DNA from: Candidatus Parcubacteria bacterium
GTDB taxonomy: Bacteria > Patescibacteriota > Patescibacteriia > UBA1558 > GWA2-36-10
Length of the DNA: 64,000 bases
Assembly (NCBI GenBank): GCA_018669975.1
Contig: JABHSK010000001.1
Coordinates: 24,394 to 88,393 of the forward strand
Direction: 5' to 3'
A program made the translations under genes and the position numbers. Shown here piece after piece: positions 10,689 through 20,232 of this stretch. Positions within the stretch are counted from its first letter, which is position 1, and each line of letters opens with the position of its first letter. The notes beneath the pieces are model-generated. The model did not search any database and was not told the DNA's origin. It worked only from the letters and a program-made list of their open reading frames with translations.

Positions 10689-12425
10689 TTATTTATTTTT
10701 AGGATAAACCTCTTTATCTTTTTTACTAAAACTAGTATGACAGGTTAAGTGAACATTATCATGATCTTTTAGAAAATCCTTGTAAAGCGCTTTTACAAAA
10801 GCACTCTCTTCGGCCATACGAATTTTATTCCTACTATCCACATTATAAAGTCCCTCAGCTCGTTTTTTACGTATCTCATCATTAACTGGCATTGGTTGTC
10901 CACCACCACCAATACAACCACCAAAACAAGCCATCATTTCTACATAATCATAAGCCTTGGGGTCTTTTTTTAATTCCTCTAGTATTTTTTTAGCATTTGC
11001 AGCACCATTAACTACGCCGACTTTAAGTGGCTTACCGTCTATATCTATGGTAGCTTTTTTACAACCCTCGAGTCCCCTGACTTCTTCTAAATCTAAACGA
11101 GGTAATTTTTTGCCAGTAATCTTATTGTAGGCGGTTCTTAAAGCAGATTCCATTACCCCACCAGAGGCTCCGTAGATAACTCCAGCGCCGGTTGGTGCTC
11201 CTAAAAATGGATCTGGAGTAACTGCTTTAACATTTTTAAGATCGATTTTATGTTTTTTTAGTAACTGAGCAAATTCTCTAGTAGTTAATACATGATCCAC
11301 GGGTTTAATATCACCCATGAGCACTTCTGGACGCTCTATTTCATATTTTTTGGCGACACAAGGCATTATAGAGACTACTACTATGTCCTTGGGGTCGATT
11401 TTGTTCTCCTGTGCCCAGTAAGTCTTAATTAGACCACCCATTATAACTTGTGGTGATCTAACACTGGTTAAATGCGGTATAAATTCTGGATAATAAAATT
11501 CTAAATATTTAACCCAACCAGGACAACAAGAGGTAAACATTGGCATAGTTCCACCCTTCTCAATTCTTTCTATAAGTTCTTTAGCTTCCTCAACAGTTGT
11601 CACATCGGCTCCAACTGATACGTCAAAGACGTGTTTAATACCTAATTGCTTAATAGCTGCTGTTAGTCTACCGGTAACAATAGAGCCGTACGGCATATCA
11701 AATTCTTCCCCGATAGTACTTCTAATAGACGGTGCAAATTGAAAGACTACTGTTTTACCCTCTTCTTTTAGCTTGAGTGGATTGTCTATATCTTCAAACT
11801 CACCCACACCCTCAAAAGCACCCACTGGACAATGTGTGATACATTGTCCGCAATAAATACAATCCTTATATTTATCTTTGGAAGGCATAACTTCATGAAA
11901 TTTACCAACCTTTTCATACTCAAGGAAACAAGCGCCAACCTTTTCACAAATATCTACACAAATACCGCAATCAATGCATTTACTACTGTCAAAAATTAAT
12001 GCTGGACCAAATTCATGAACTGGCTTTCCTTTTTTACGATCCGGAAATTTAGTAATCTTAACATCGTATTTTTTAGCTAGGTCTTTGATATGACAACCAT
12101 AACGATAGACACAATCGCTGCACTCCTCACAGTGCTCAGTAAAAATAAGTTCCAGGTTAATTTTTTTAGCCCTGGAGATTGATTCTGAATGAGTAGTAAC
12201 CTCCATACCGTCAGATGCTTGTGTGCTACAGGACGTGAATAAACCCTTTTTATCTTTTATTTCCACCAAACATAAACGACAACTAGCCTGCACTTTGACA
12301 TCTGGATGATGACATAGGGTGGTAATACGAATTTTATTTTTTCGAGCCACATCTAAAATACTTTGCCCTTCTTTGGCTTTGTATAGTTTTCCGTCTATTT
12401 TAATGGATATATTTTTTTGTTTCAT
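10689..12425 (-). CDS. hydA: [FeFe]-hydrogenase catalytic subunit, group A (2Fe-2S, His-ligated 4Fe-4S, 2x4Fe-4S, H-cluster)
   Basis: P1 FTSCCPGW, P2 MPCVAKKYE, P3 EMMACFGGCIGGGGQP; CIDCGICVDIC and CIYCGQCITHCP. Confidence 0.95.
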   Translation of the reverse strand: MKQKNISIKIDGKLYKAKEGQSILDVARKNKIRITTLCHHPDVKVQASCRLCLVEIKDKKGLFTSCSTQASDGMEVTTHSESISRAKKINLELIFTEHCEECSDCVYRYGCHIKDLAKKYDVKITKFPDRKKGKPVHEFGPALIFDSSKCIDCGICVDICEKVGACFLEYEKVGKFHEVMPSKDKYKDCIYCGQCITHCPVGAFEGVGEFEDIDNPLKLKEEGKTVVFQFAPSIRSTIGEEFDMPYGSIVTGRLTAAIKQLGIKHVFDVSVGADVTTVEEAKELIERIEKGGTMPMFTSCCPGWVKYLEFYYPEFIPHLTSVRSPQVIMGGLIKTYWAQENKIDPKDIVVVSIMPCVAKKYEIERPEVLMGDIKPVDHVLTTREFAQLLKKHKIDLKNVKAVTPDPFLGAPTGAGVIYGASGGVMESALRTAYNKITGKKLPRLDLEEVRGLEGCKKATIDIDGKPLKVGVVNGAANAKKILEELKKDPKAYDYVEMMACFGGCIGGGGQPMPVNDEIRKKRAEGLYNVDSRNKIRMAEESAFVKALYKDFLKDHDNVHLTCHTSFSKKDKEVYPKNK

Positions 12426-13405
12426 TTTAGTTTTAATATTTTTTCACTTAATCCCTTAAAAGGTGGAACTACCATCTTACCTAGCGCACAAAAAGATGTG
12501 TTTTCCAAAACAAAAAGTAAATCATCCAAAACAACTTTATCAATTTGCTTATTTTTTATCATTTCATTAAGTCTATAGGTGCCCTCACGACATGGTGTAC
12601 ACTTGTCGCAATTTTCTTCCATAAAAAAATCAATCCATCGCTTCATCAAAACATAGGGATCTGTTTTTTTTAAATCATAAACAATAATAGCTCCTGAACC
12701 ACCTGCTGGTTGATCTAATTCGCTAGATAAAAAAATATCCCCGCTAGCACCCCCACCTACCTGCACAAAAAAGTCATCGGTTGGCATATTTTTACTCTTT
12801 TTGAGTACATCTTTGATGGTTAATACCAGTGGCAATTCGTAAACACCGGGATTCTTAACGTCTCCACTAACAGTAAACAAACGAGTATTCTTGTACTCAC
12901 CCTGGGCTATCTTAGCTGCATAATAAAAAGTTTCGATATTATTTATCAAAGTAGGGTAACCACAAATACCAGCTTGTCCTGGAAAAGGTGGTTTAAGGCG
13001 TGGCCTGTGCATCTTATTTTCTATTTCCTGACAGACAACTGTTTCTTCTCCAGATAAATAACCGCCTTTTTCTTTAAAAACTTTAATAGGTAGTTTACCA
13101 ATCATCTTTTCTAGAGTGGCCTTATATTTTTTATAATAATCTTTCCGCAAATAAATATAGGCTTCGCTATGGTCAATATAATCCAAAGCAAGTTTAATGC
13201 CATCAATTAAATCCTGAGGATAATTAGCAACAATATAGCCATCCTTATCTGTGGCTGGCTCACCTTCTGAACCATTGGCAACAATATACTTGGTATCTGC
13301 TTTGGCTTTTTTTACCATTTCCCACTTGAGATAAGCTGGAAAAGCTGCGCCACCTCTACCAAGTAAGTTAGCATCTTTTAATTTTGTGATAATATCTTTA
13401 ATCAT
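12422..13405 (-). CDS. NuoF/HydB-like FMN/NADH-binding diaphorase subunit (short form)
   Basis: LLGRGGAAFP, ANGSEGEP, YLSGEET, PRLKPPFP, ENCDKCTPCREG...SFCALG; start placed at ATG 13405 (MIKDII); overlaps hydA start. Confidence 0.88.
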   Translation of the reverse strand: MIKDIITKLKDANLLGRGGAAFPAYLKWEMVKKAKADTKYIVANGSEGEPATDKDGYIVANYPQDLIDGIKLALDYIDHSEAYIYLRKDYYKKYKATLEKMIGKLPIKVFKEKGGYLSGEETVVCQEIENKMHRPRLKPPFPGQAGICGYPTLINNIETFYYAAKIAQGEYKNTRLFTVSGDVKNPGVYELPLVLTIKDVLKKSKNMPTDDFFVQVGGGASGDIFLSSELDQPAGGSGAIIVYDLKKTDPYVLMKRWIDFFMEENCDKCTPCREGTYRLNEMIKNKQIDKVVLDDLLFVLENTSFCALGKMVVPPFKGLSEKILKLK

Positions 13406-13503
13406 ATACTTTAATGCAGTATATATTTTAGCATATTTTACGTTTTTTTGGAAAATAAAAAAGGGACCATGATTGGTCCCCAAGATCTGTATTTGATTAG
13501 ATT

Positions 13504-13902
13504 TCAAATAATCCGTTTTTGACCGGTGGTGTGATGCCCGAATTGGATAGCTAGAAGCATTTCAGCTTCAGCCAAAGGAATGTTAGGATCTTCAGCAACA
13601 TAGGTTGCAAAAATTTGTCGTAAGCCAATCATTCGCCTATCACACACTAAACAATTGATAAAAATAGAGCAAATACTGCCCCGAGAAAACATAAATTGTT
13701 CAGCTATTTCTTGTAGTTTCTGATGCTCATACTGAGAAAAAACCAGCCAGTGAACTTGCTGAAAATCAAGTCCCAGGCTAGCATGGAAATTAAGCACAAC
13801 CTCTAATAACGATTGGTCTTTTCTTAGATCATCTAAGCGAAGATGTTCTTTTTTAACCCACCTTACTTTTTCTCCATCTTGAGCTAATGTACAAATATCC
13901 AT
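13504..13902 (-). CDS. Hypothetical protein
   Basis: AAGGAGGT SD and own TTGACA-17-TAATTT promoter. Confidence 0.7.
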   Translation of the reverse strand: MDICTLAQDGEKVRWVKKEHLRLDDLRKDQSLLEVVLNFHASLGLDFQQVHWLVFSQYEHQKLQEIAEQFMFSRGSICSIFINCLVCDRRMIGLRQIFATYVAEDPNIPLAEAEMLLAIQFGHHTTGQKRII

Positions 13903-13944
13903 TATCTACCTCCTTTTGTGGAATGATCATTAAAACGACAAAAT

Positions 13945-13973
13945 AAATTAACACGCGTAGGCCTTTCTGTCAA
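13945..13973 (-). promoter_or_regulatory. Sigma-70-type promoter with extended -10
   Basis: TTGACA-17 nt-(TGn)TAATTT on minus strand. Confidence 0.6.
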
Positions 13974-13977
13974 TATT

Positions 13978-14003
13978 AAAAAGTAGCTCATTTCTGAGCT
14001 ACC
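13978..14003 (-). terminator. Intrinsic terminator
   Basis: gtagctca-gaaa-tgagctac followed by T-run on minus strand after 14010 stop. Confidence 0.7.
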
Positions 14004-14009
14004 GAATTT

Positions 14010-14774
14010 TCATTTGAGGAGATTGATAAAATCACTAGTAAATGCCAGAACTAAAATTGATAGTATAGTAACAATACTAATTCGCCTGAAAATATCACGA
14101 GCTTTTCTTTGTTTAAATAAAAGCTCAATAATTTTACCACCATCTAATGGATAGATAGGGATCATATTAAACAACCCAATCATTAAAGATATGTAACCAC
14201 CAAACAGAGCAGTGCTGGAAAGACTAACTGATTCCTTTTTGGCAATAGTAACAATGCCTATAGGTCCAGAAACGCTATCTAAAGGGTTTTGAGCAACCAA
14301 ATAGACAAGCACGCCAAACCATACTAGTCCTGCGAAGGGTAAAATATAACGCCAAAGAAAATGACGAAATAGTACCAGGGCAACACAAAGGCCAGCAATA
14401 CGAGCATAAGCCGGATAGTTTGCTCCGTTTCCTATGAAACAAGTGGCTACTATCAACCAAATTATACAAGCAAAAACGATATTGGCCCAAGGACCAGCCC
14501 CGTAAATGTCCGCCTTATTTTTATAAGGCAAGTTTTCCATAAATATCACACCCTCTGGGGTGGGCTCCACAAAGGCTCCTAGGGGTATTGGATAAATTAC
14601 AAAGGTGACATCAGGGAATTTTTGCCAGTGAAATTTAAAAATAGGCTTGCCAATAGGGAAACCTAAACCCATGCGTTTGATTTTGACACCATTTTGAGTC
14701 ATTACCCAAGCATGACCAAGCTCGTGTACAGTCAAAACTAGCGTGATAATTAGTAAGAAAAATAAGAGTCCCAT
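14010..14774 (-). CDS. Site-2 (M50) metalloprotease without PDZ domain
   Basis: HELGH, AGPWAN, SGPIGI, NMIPIYPLDGG; GAGGAGG SD before ATG 14774. Confidence 0.88.
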   Translation of the reverse strand: MGLLFFLLIITLVLTVHELGHAWVMTQNGVKIKRMGLGFPIGKPIFKFHWQKFPDVTFVIYPIPLGAFVEPTPEGVIFMENLPYKNKADIYGAGPWANIVFACIIWLIVATCFIGNGANYPAYARIAGLCVALVLFRHFLWRYILPFAGLVWFGVLVYLVAQNPLDSVSGPIGIVTIAKKESVSLSSTALFGGYISLMIGLFNMIPIYPLDGGKIIELLFKQRKARDIFRRISIVTILSILVLAFTSDFINLLK

Positions 14775-14915
14775 CAATTCCTCCTCGGTTGATTTTTAAA
14801 GGTTCAAAACGAATATTTATCGATAAACTAATTTAACAAAAAAGAATCTTTATGTCAATTAATACAAATAAAAAAACAGAGTTAAAATATCCCTGTTTTT
14901 TTGTACTATATAGAT

Positions 14916-15251
14916 TTAATATGTTGTCTCGTTCTGCAATGATGTCAGTACAAATCTAGATATTGCATAGGCAGCCAAAACAATTACCAAGCCAATGACA
15001 CCGGCAATCATACCATTTTGACCCTGACCCTTTTTGTCAGCATTACCTCCAGAAGTCATGTAAACAAACCCACCAGCAAGAATACCTAGTGTTGCTAATA
15101 TTCCTAGAAAACCAAGTACTATATTAACAATAGAAGATGCTGTATCACCTATTTCCCTAGTACCCAGGTTAGTCTCAGTCATTCTATTTACACCGTAAAG
15201 ATCAGCTTGCGCAGAAGCTAATGACGGCATAAGGAGTGCTGTTACTAACAT
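14916..15251 (-). CDS. TrbC/VirB2-like pilin (N-terminus possibly frameshifted)
   Basis: Signal-like ...ASAQ, two hydrophobic helices flanking GGFVYMTSGGNADK, then GVIGLVIVLAAYAI. Confidence 0.75.
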   Translation of the reverse strand: MLVTALLMPSLASAQADLYGVNRMTETNLGTREIGDTASSIVNIVLGFLGILATLGILAGGFVYMTSGGNADKKGQGQNGMIAGVIGLVIVLAAYAISRFVLTSLQNETTY

Positions 15252-15362
15252 TATTTTTTTTGAATTTTTTTTATCATAAGCATAAATTAATGTTTTTATA
15301 ATAGCATAAAAATATAGAATTGGGCAACAAAAAATAAAGTATTTTTACTTTATCTTTTATTT

Positions 15363-15436
15363 TGGCTCGGGGACAGGGGCTCGAACCCCGATTGCCTGGA
15401 CCAGAACCAGGTGTCCTACCATTAGACGATCCCCGA
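15363..15436 (-). tRNA. tRNA-Gln(CTG)
   Basis: TCGGGGA/TCCCCGA acceptor stem, anticodon arm CCTGG-TT CTG GT-CCAGG, GGTTCGAG T-loop, encoded CCA. Confidence 0.95.
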
Positions 15437-15457
15437 ATAAATATTAATCTTAATACT

Positions 15458-16981
15458 TTATACTACTTCTCCACCAAAAATGTCAATAGCCTCCCCTACA
15501 TCCTTTTCCTGAATACCTTTAAAATTGTTATGGTTTTCTTTATGTTTATCGTCTAATTGAAAATTTATATCTAATTTACAACCTAAAACTTTATTAAAAA
15601 CTTCTACTAAGTGGCTTTTTATTTGTGGTTTATTCAATTGCTCCATGTGAAAACTATACTCCAGGCCAATGGTAATAGACTTGTCGTCTATATTAATTGG
15701 ATGGCTAGTTTGCAAAATAGCTGACAAAGAATGATTAAATGGCTTGGTTTCTTGAACAATTTTTGGCCATTCAGCCTGAAATTTAGAAAAATTAGCCTTA
15801 TTATTGCTCGTCAAGGGTTTTTTTTTAGGCTCTACAGTGTCGACTGTAGGAGCATTTACCTGGATCGTTGGTTTATTCTGCAAAATCTCATTTTCATCTA
15901 ACAAGAATTCAACACAGGCTAACTCTAAAGGTAATTGATCTATCATAGAGTCCTTGACGGATAATTTGCTTAAAAGAATATTTAAAAGTCTTGATAAATC
16001 TTTAAGCGGAAATTCTCTAGCATGTTGCTTGATAGCTTCTGTTAAATCTTCGGAAAAATCTAGAGAAAATTCAGGTCCGATGATTTGATACAACATTATC
16101 TGACGTAAAAAATCAATCAAATTACTAATAAAATCTTCTAAATCTATACCCTCGCTAACAAGCTTGTTGATTTGATTAAGAGCGGTAGACATATTTTTCA
16201 TACGTAAGGCCTCAACCAACGTGTCTACCTCATGCCAATTGCTACGTGGTAAAACCAAGGAGGCTAACTCATCCGTAACATTACCTTGACTGAGTGAAAT
16301 TATCTGCCCTAACAGTGACTCTGCGTCACGCAAACAACCCTCTGAACGACGAGCTATTTCAGCCAAAATATTTTCTGGAACAGTCACCTTTTCTTGGGTT
16401 ATTATCCAGGCCATTCTTTTTATAATATCTACCTGTGGTATTTTTTTGAAGTCAAATCTCTGACATCTAGAAATAATAGTTTCTGGAACTTTATGTATTT
16501 CTGTAGTAGCTAATATAAATATAACTTTCTTAGGCGGCTCTTCTAAGGTTTTAAGCAAGGCATTGAAAGCAGACTTGGATAACATGTGCACCTCGTCTAT
16601 CACAAAAACTTTAAAACCCTTGTTATTAAATGGAGGCACCTGAGCATTAGCAATAATGTTTTCACGCACATTATCTACGCCAGTATGAGAGGCAGCATCT
16701 ATCTCTATCACATCCATAGAGCGTCCATTGATGATCAAATTACAAATCTCACATTCATTACACGGTTCAGAAGAATCATCTTTACGATTAATGCAATTTA
16801 AAGACCTGGCAAATAATCTTGCCAGGGTAGTTTTGCCAGTACCGCGCGGTCCGACAAATAAATAAGCATGCGCTACATTACCAGAAACAGTCTCGTTTTG
16901 TAGAGTTATCTTGATAGGTTTTTGACCAACGACTTCCTGAAAAGTCATTGGCCTATATTTACGGTAAATTACTTCTGACAT
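15458..16981 (-). CDS. dnaX: DNA polymerase III subunit gamma/tau
   Basis: YRKYRP, GPRGTGKTT, EIDAASH, IDEVHML, NALLKTLEEPP, SRCQ. Confidence 0.97.
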   Translation of the reverse strand: MSEVIYRKYRPMTFQEVVGQKPIKITLQNETVSGNVAHAYLFVGPRGTGKTTLARLFARSLNCINRKDDSSEPCNECEICNLIINGRSMDVIEIDAASHTGVDNVRENIIANAQVPPFNNKGFKVFVIDEVHMLSKSAFNALLKTLEEPPKKVIFILATTEIHKVPETIISRCQRFDFKKIPQVDIIKRMAWIITQEKVTVPENILAEIARRSEGCLRDAESLLGQIISLSQGNVTDELASLVLPRSNWHEVDTLVEALRMKNMSTALNQINKLVSEGIDLEDFISNLIDFLRQIMLYQIIGPEFSLDFSEDLTEAIKQHAREFPLKDLSRLLNILLSKLSVKDSMIDQLPLELACVEFLLDENEILQNKPTIQVNAPTVDTVEPKKKPLTSNNKANFSKFQAEWPKIVQETKPFNHSLSAILQTSHPINIDDKSITIGLEYSFHMEQLNKPQIKSHLVEVFNKVLGCKLDINFQLDDKHKENHNNFKGIQEKDVGEAIDIFGGEVV

Positions 16982-16989
16982 GTCAAAAT

Positions 16990-17601
16990 TTATAAAGTGA
17001 TCTCAAAATCCTCAGAACTTTTTTGAGTAGAGTAGGTGTTTTTAATAACATTTTCTACTGCTGCCCAAACACCATCGGCATCTTTTGGAACTAAGATAAC
17101 CACCTCATCCCCTTCAGAGCCTTTAAAATATGTGACGCTAGCCATCAAGACTTTATAAATTTTATCTCCAGCTAATACTACAAATTCGTCAGTATCCTTG
17201 TCCTTAACTAAGTGTCCAACTAAACGATTACGTTCTACTGGCGATATTTGTTTGAAAATAAATGATCCGTCTTTATCGATGGTCAACTTTAATATGTCAC
17301 CCTCTACCAATTTTGATTTAGAAGCATAGTTAGCAGGCACTGAATATTGCTTTCCGTCAGGTCCGATCATAATCTGACCATTAAAGACTCCTTCAACTAT
17401 TATGCCATCTTCACTAGCATCCTCTTTGCCTACTTCAGATGCTTTAAGTCCATGATCAGTAAGACGAGAATTTTTCTTGCCAGACAACTCGCCAAGTATA
17501 GACTTGGTTTTTTTAAGCTCTACTTCTAAATTGGATATTAAAGATTCTAATTGTTCTATTTTTTTGTTTTTTGACATTTTTGTTTTTTGTTCTGTAGACA
17601 C
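16990..17601 (-). CDS. Conserved hypothetical protein (coiled coil + beta domain)
   Basis: VEGVFNGQIMIGPDGKQYSVPANYASKSKLVEGD motif; 8 nt before dnaX start; start could be ATG 17577. Confidence 0.7.
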   Translation of the reverse strand: MSTEQKTKMSKNKKIEQLESLISNLEVELKKTKSILGELSGKKNSRLTDHGLKASEVGKEDASEDGIIVEGVFNGQIMIGPDGKQYSVPANYASKSKLVEGDILKLTIDKDGSFIFKQISPVERNRLVGHLVKDKDTDEFVVLAGDKIYKVLMASVTYFKGSEGDEVVILVPKDADGVWAAVENVIKNTYSTQKSSEDFEITL

Positions 17602-17764
17602 CCATAATCAAAGTGTCTTATTTTATTTTTAGGTCTTTGCACCTACTAATTTATCATAAAAAATGAGCTTTGTCGAGTTCAGTATTTCTATTAAAAATAC
17701 CGTAATTTAGCCTTTTAAAAAACCCTTGTTTTTAAGGGTTTTTTGGTATAACAATTAATTGATT

Positions 17765-20224
17765 TTAAACTATAACTCGTTGGCTAATTTCATTCTCCAC
17801 AATGGATCGTTCACGACCATATTTTAACCTGGAAAGATCCTTAATAGCCTTGGCTAATTCAAAGTTACCTTTTTCTGGATAAATAGGTTGAAAGTTAAAT
17901 GCTGGCGGATTTTGATTATCGATCAAGAGCTTGATATAACAAGTATACTTTGGCATATTAACTAAATCATACTGAGAAACCACAGGTGCCATCTGCTTAG
18001 ATATCAACTCTGCGTCTTCTACGCCAATACGATAAGAAATTATTGTACCAACATTACCAAAAATAGCATCTTTAACGCTGGTGTCGCCACCCTTGGTTAA
18101 TTGAGCTATAAACTGATGTGCTAAAATAAGACTCAATTTATATTTTCTAGCTTCTGATAAAATAATAGAAATACTATCGGTAATAACATTTTGAAATTCA
18201 TCAATGTATAGATAAAAATCATTTCTTTCTTCCTCTGGAATATCGACTCTACTCATAGCAGCAAACAAAAGTTTACCTATTACTATCATACCTATTAGAT
18301 TGCTGTTCATCTCACCAATTTTACCTTTGGACAAGTTGACTAGAATAATCTTGTTGCTATCCATGGCCTCCCGAAAATTAAAAGCACTTTTCTGCTGAGC
18401 AATAATTGGTCTAATAGTATCATTTGATATAAAGGGTGTCAGTTTACTAGTAATGTAAGGGACCATGTTAGCTAGAGATGCTTCGCCGCCAGCCTTCTGT
18501 GCCTCTTTTTCCCAAAAATCTTTAGCGAACTTATTTTTAATTTTTGATAATTTATGTTTACGATACTCCTCATCAGCTAGTACTCTCGGAATTTCTAAAA
18601 GAGTAGCACCAGACTCTCTGTCATCCAATATCAACAACATGGCATTTCTCATGTACTGCTCAAACATAGGTCCACCAGTAGCCTTAAGATCATACAATTT
18701 ATCAAAAATAGCAATCATTTCATTAATAACAAAACCTTTCTCCTCATCGTTATTATACTCGAGCATATTCATGCCCATAGGTCGCTCTACGTCTGACGGA
18801 TCAAAAACTATAACGTCCTCTGCCCTTTCCTTTGGTACATGACTAAGGACTTTCTCTACCAAATCACCATGTGGATCAATTAAACAGACTCCTCTACCAG
18901 CTTCAATATCTTGAATTAGCAGACTTTCCAAGAAAACGGATTTACCAGTACCGGTCTGGCCAATTTCATATATATGACGACGTCTATCAGCTTGTGTAAT
19001 GCGTACCTTGGTGTCTTTGCCACGATAATTATTAATACCCAAAACAATACCTTCTGTAGGCATGTTAGCTGGCACTGGAGCCTTAACAGCCTCTAACCAG
19101 TCTATATTTGGTGTTTCAGTGGTTGCTAGCGGTAAATGGACTACACTAGTCATTTCTTCAGAGTTTAAAACAAGACGATTCTTTGGCAGATAATGTCTGT
19201 ATATAAAATGCCTAATAATCTCATCTGGCTTTTTGGGAATCAGGGCTCGAAAACTATTACCAAATTCATAAATATTATACTGACTATAACTATTCATGAT
19301 ATCAGATAAAATCAAATTGGATCGTTGAGCATCTTTAGTAGAGACTATTATTCTAATATTAACATCTAAGCCTGACTTGGAAGTCTTTTCTTCCATAACT
19401 TTGGCTTTTTCTTGTTCCATTGATGATAATTGATATTTCTCTGGTACCTGTGTTGCTGGGTCCTTTTCCTTGGCTCCTTGAGTATTAAAAAAACTAAACA
19501 CAAACCCAAAACCTTTGGCAGCCTTGGCGAAACCACCGACTCCACCCTCTTTATTTAGAGCGTCACCATAACTCATACCCTGGTGCATATTTCTAGCTAT
19601 CTTACGTCCCCTGTCGTGCCATTTCTTTGGTGCAGATCTAAATACGTATTGCACCACAGCCGATTCATCCTCTGTTAATTTACTCAGACTATTAGTAATA
19701 CTCTCCAGTGGATCTATTTCAAAATTACGATATGTCTTGATAGGTAAACTAAAATCATTAGCAAAGCGCAAAGCACCAGCAGCTACTTGACTATTAATAT
19801 TGAAAGGATTGTAATCATTAACCTCTTCAAAATACACCTTAGGATAAACAGCTTGAATCTGCTGAACAAAAAAATCTTTATATCGCCCTGGCAAAGCAAT
19901 ATAAAAACTTATCAAGCCATTGAGAGAAACTATCTCCATAGAAAATAAATCTGCCCGACCGCTGAAACCACCTTTTTCTGCCTTTAATCCAGATAGAGAA
20001 GCAAATAGGGTTTCTATTTTCCCTAAAGCATTTTGAATGTATTCTTTGGTTAGCTCCTCTTTTTCTTGTTTAGTATATTTAGGAATTTTAACTACTAGAA
20101 TAGTTAAATCTAACTCTTTGTTAACTCCGCCTTGTTTTTTAGATAACAAAAACCATACAGCTAATATAACAGCAATAATAATTAAAACTATTATCATAAT
20201 TATAACAAGGGCTGCTGGATCCAT
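17765..20224 (-). CDS. VirB4/VirD4(TraG/TraD)-like DNA-transfer ATPase with N-terminal membrane anchor
   Basis: DRRRHIYEIGQTGTGKS (Walker A), IDPHGD, YLYIDEFQN (Walker B), SEARKYKL, AHQ, GNVGT. Confidence 0.88.
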   Translation of the reverse strand: MDPAALVIIMIIVLIIIAVILAVWFLLSKKQGGVNKELDLTILVVKIPKYTKQEKEELTKEYIQNALGKIETLFASLSGLKAEKGGFSGRADLFSMEIVSLNGLISFYIALPGRYKDFFVQQIQAVYPKVYFEEVNDYNPFNINSQVAAGALRFANDFSLPIKTYRNFEIDPLESITNSLSKLTEDESAVVQYVFRSAPKKWHDRGRKIARNMHQGMSYGDALNKEGGVGGFAKAAKGFGFVFSFFNTQGAKEKDPATQVPEKYQLSSMEQEKAKVMEEKTSKSGLDVNIRIIVSTKDAQRSNLILSDIMNSYSQYNIYEFGNSFRALIPKKPDEIIRHFIYRHYLPKNRLVLNSEEMTSVVHLPLATTETPNIDWLEAVKAPVPANMPTEGIVLGINNYRGKDTKVRITQADRRRHIYEIGQTGTGKSVFLESLLIQDIEAGRGVCLIDPHGDLVEKVLSHVPKERAEDVIVFDPSDVERPMGMNMLEYNNDEEKGFVINEMIAIFDKLYDLKATGGPMFEQYMRNAMLLILDDRESGATLLEIPRVLADEEYRKHKLSKIKNKFAKDFWEKEAQKAGGEASLANMVPYITSKLTPFISNDTIRPIIAQQKSAFNFREAMDSNKIILVNLSKGKIGEMNSNLIGMIVIGKLLFAAMSRVDIPEEERNDFYLYIDEFQNVITDSISIILSEARKYKLSLILAHQFIAQLTKGGDTSVKDAIFGNVGTIISYRIGVEDAELISKQMAPVVSQYDLVNMPKYTCYIKLLIDNQNPPAFNFQPIYPEKGNFELAKAIKDLSRLKYGRERSIVENEISQRVIV

Positions 20225-20232
20225 AATTTTTA

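Noticed and set aside
13406-13507. N-terminal extension of the NuoF-like ORF in the track
   Set aside because: Spans a terminator hairpin and a promoter-like TGCTAAAAT; ATG 13405 fits better
15362-15556. Plus-strand ORF, and likewise 58860..59072
   Set aside because: Antisense shadows of tRNA-Gln genes
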